64,000 nucleotides of DNA from Mobula birostris. Taxonomy: Eukaryota. Numbering within the stretch: position 1 is the first letter of the stretch; each line of letters opens with the position of its first letter. The notes beneath the pieces are model-generated. The model was not told where the DNA came from, did not search any database, and saw nothing but the letters and a program-made list of their open reading frames with translations. Position numbers and translations under genes: made by a program. The stretch is from NCBI RefSeq assembly GCF_030028105.1, contig NC_092391.1, positions 8,281,223-8,345,222 of the forward strand. Reading direction: 5' to 3'. Below are positions 62,862 to 64,000 of the stretch, piece after piece.

Positions 62862-64000
62862 AAAGTAATACATTCACATGGATGGAAAGCTGCTGAAAAG
62901 TAGGAGGAATGAACAGCGAAAGAGAAATATCTGAACCCATCTTTAAAGATTAATTCATATTAAATGAAATTATTTTGAAAAAAAAACTGTTGGAATGCTC
63001 TTTTTATCTTAATAGGTTGTGGTGGAAAATTTGTTATGTTTTGGCCAAGTATGACATGCAAGGTCTTGCACATCCTAAGTTTTTTTTGACCATTTTTGCT
63101 TTTATCTTTTGAAAATGTTTTGAAACCAAATGGTGACTAATAAAGACACATTCACACAATGGGAAAACAGTGATAAGACATTGTAGTGTTTGTGTTGTGG
63201 AGTTTTAGGGATTTTTATCCAGAATTGTTTGTGCCACGAGTACTGGTGGACTAAGACTTCAGTGTTGGTACATGCAGTATTATGTTCTATTTCTTTGGGT
63301 CACTTCCACTTTTGTTTTTGTTTGTACAGTTAGGTAGACTTAGTCTGAGATGTATGGCAATATTATTAGCTGAAATGCCAGCAATGGATTCATTGTAAAG
63401 TGCCTGCTGCAAAATAAAATTGGATCTTTTTATTGGATAGCTTTTGTATCATAATGCGACAAAAAATTGTTTGATTTGAAGGAAGCAGTGGAAAAAATGC
63501 CTACTGGATGTATTAAATAATTCTATGCTGGAGTAAATGCACCCTTGGGAGTATCATGAATAACTTTCTTGGCTTAAATTTAATAATTTTAATTTGAAAC
63601 AAAAAATAAGAATTTTAAACTAAGTTGGTGGTGGCCATTTCGTACTGATAATGCATTGAACTGGCACTGAAGTGCATTGCTCAGAATACTGGCTGAGACG
63701 AGAAATAAAAACGTTACTCTGCTGTAGTGTGGTGGCTTTGGTCACCCTTATATAGAGGTGATTTTTATGACAAGTACCTCTTCTCTATATCTGAGTGGGA
63801 AAAAAATATGTTTACTAAAAGTTTTTCCAACAGATTCAGTGGGGAATTCTAGGAAACATTTTGCTTCAGCTGTATGTGTATTGCATTTGTAGGCATAACT
63901 TTGCTGTTCCAAAAATGTATTAAAACTATAAATTGGTTGAATTGTGTATCGTGAAAAAGGAGGACAGTGGCCTTTACATGTTTATTCCATTGAGATGATA

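Overview
Vertebrate genomic DNA, very probably a cartilaginous fish (shark or ray). This is inferred from the repeat landscape: V-SINE/HE1-like SINEs, CR1, Rex1/Babar and Penelope elements. The window holds three complete intron-containing genes in the conserved vertebrate order WDR38(+), RPL35(-), ARPC5L(+). WDR38 has 9 coding exons (9257-39189, about 294 aa). RPL35 has 4 coding exons (56056-49505, 123 aa) and a 5'TOP/TCT start. ARPC5L has 4 coding exons (56504-62861, 150 aa), and its first intron is a minor-spliceosome (U12) AT-AC intron. RPL35 and ARPC5L share a bidirectional CpG-island promoter. Most of the rest is transposon-derived: two decayed Tc1 copies (one carrying three nested insertions), a Buster/Charlie hAT fossil, hAT and PIF/Harbinger MITEs, CR1, Rex1, Nimb/I-like, Hero-like and Penelope retroelements, and many SINEs. 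A 4.5 kb 20-bp minisatellite with a 1049-bp higher-order repeat lies in WDR38 intron 2. The most unusual signal is a dense family of short palindromic Penelope-derived elements carrying minimal hammerhead-ribozyme cores, at least two of which look intact. Almost all ORFs in the supplied track are spurious or transposon remnants. All calls were made by eye; no database search was run.
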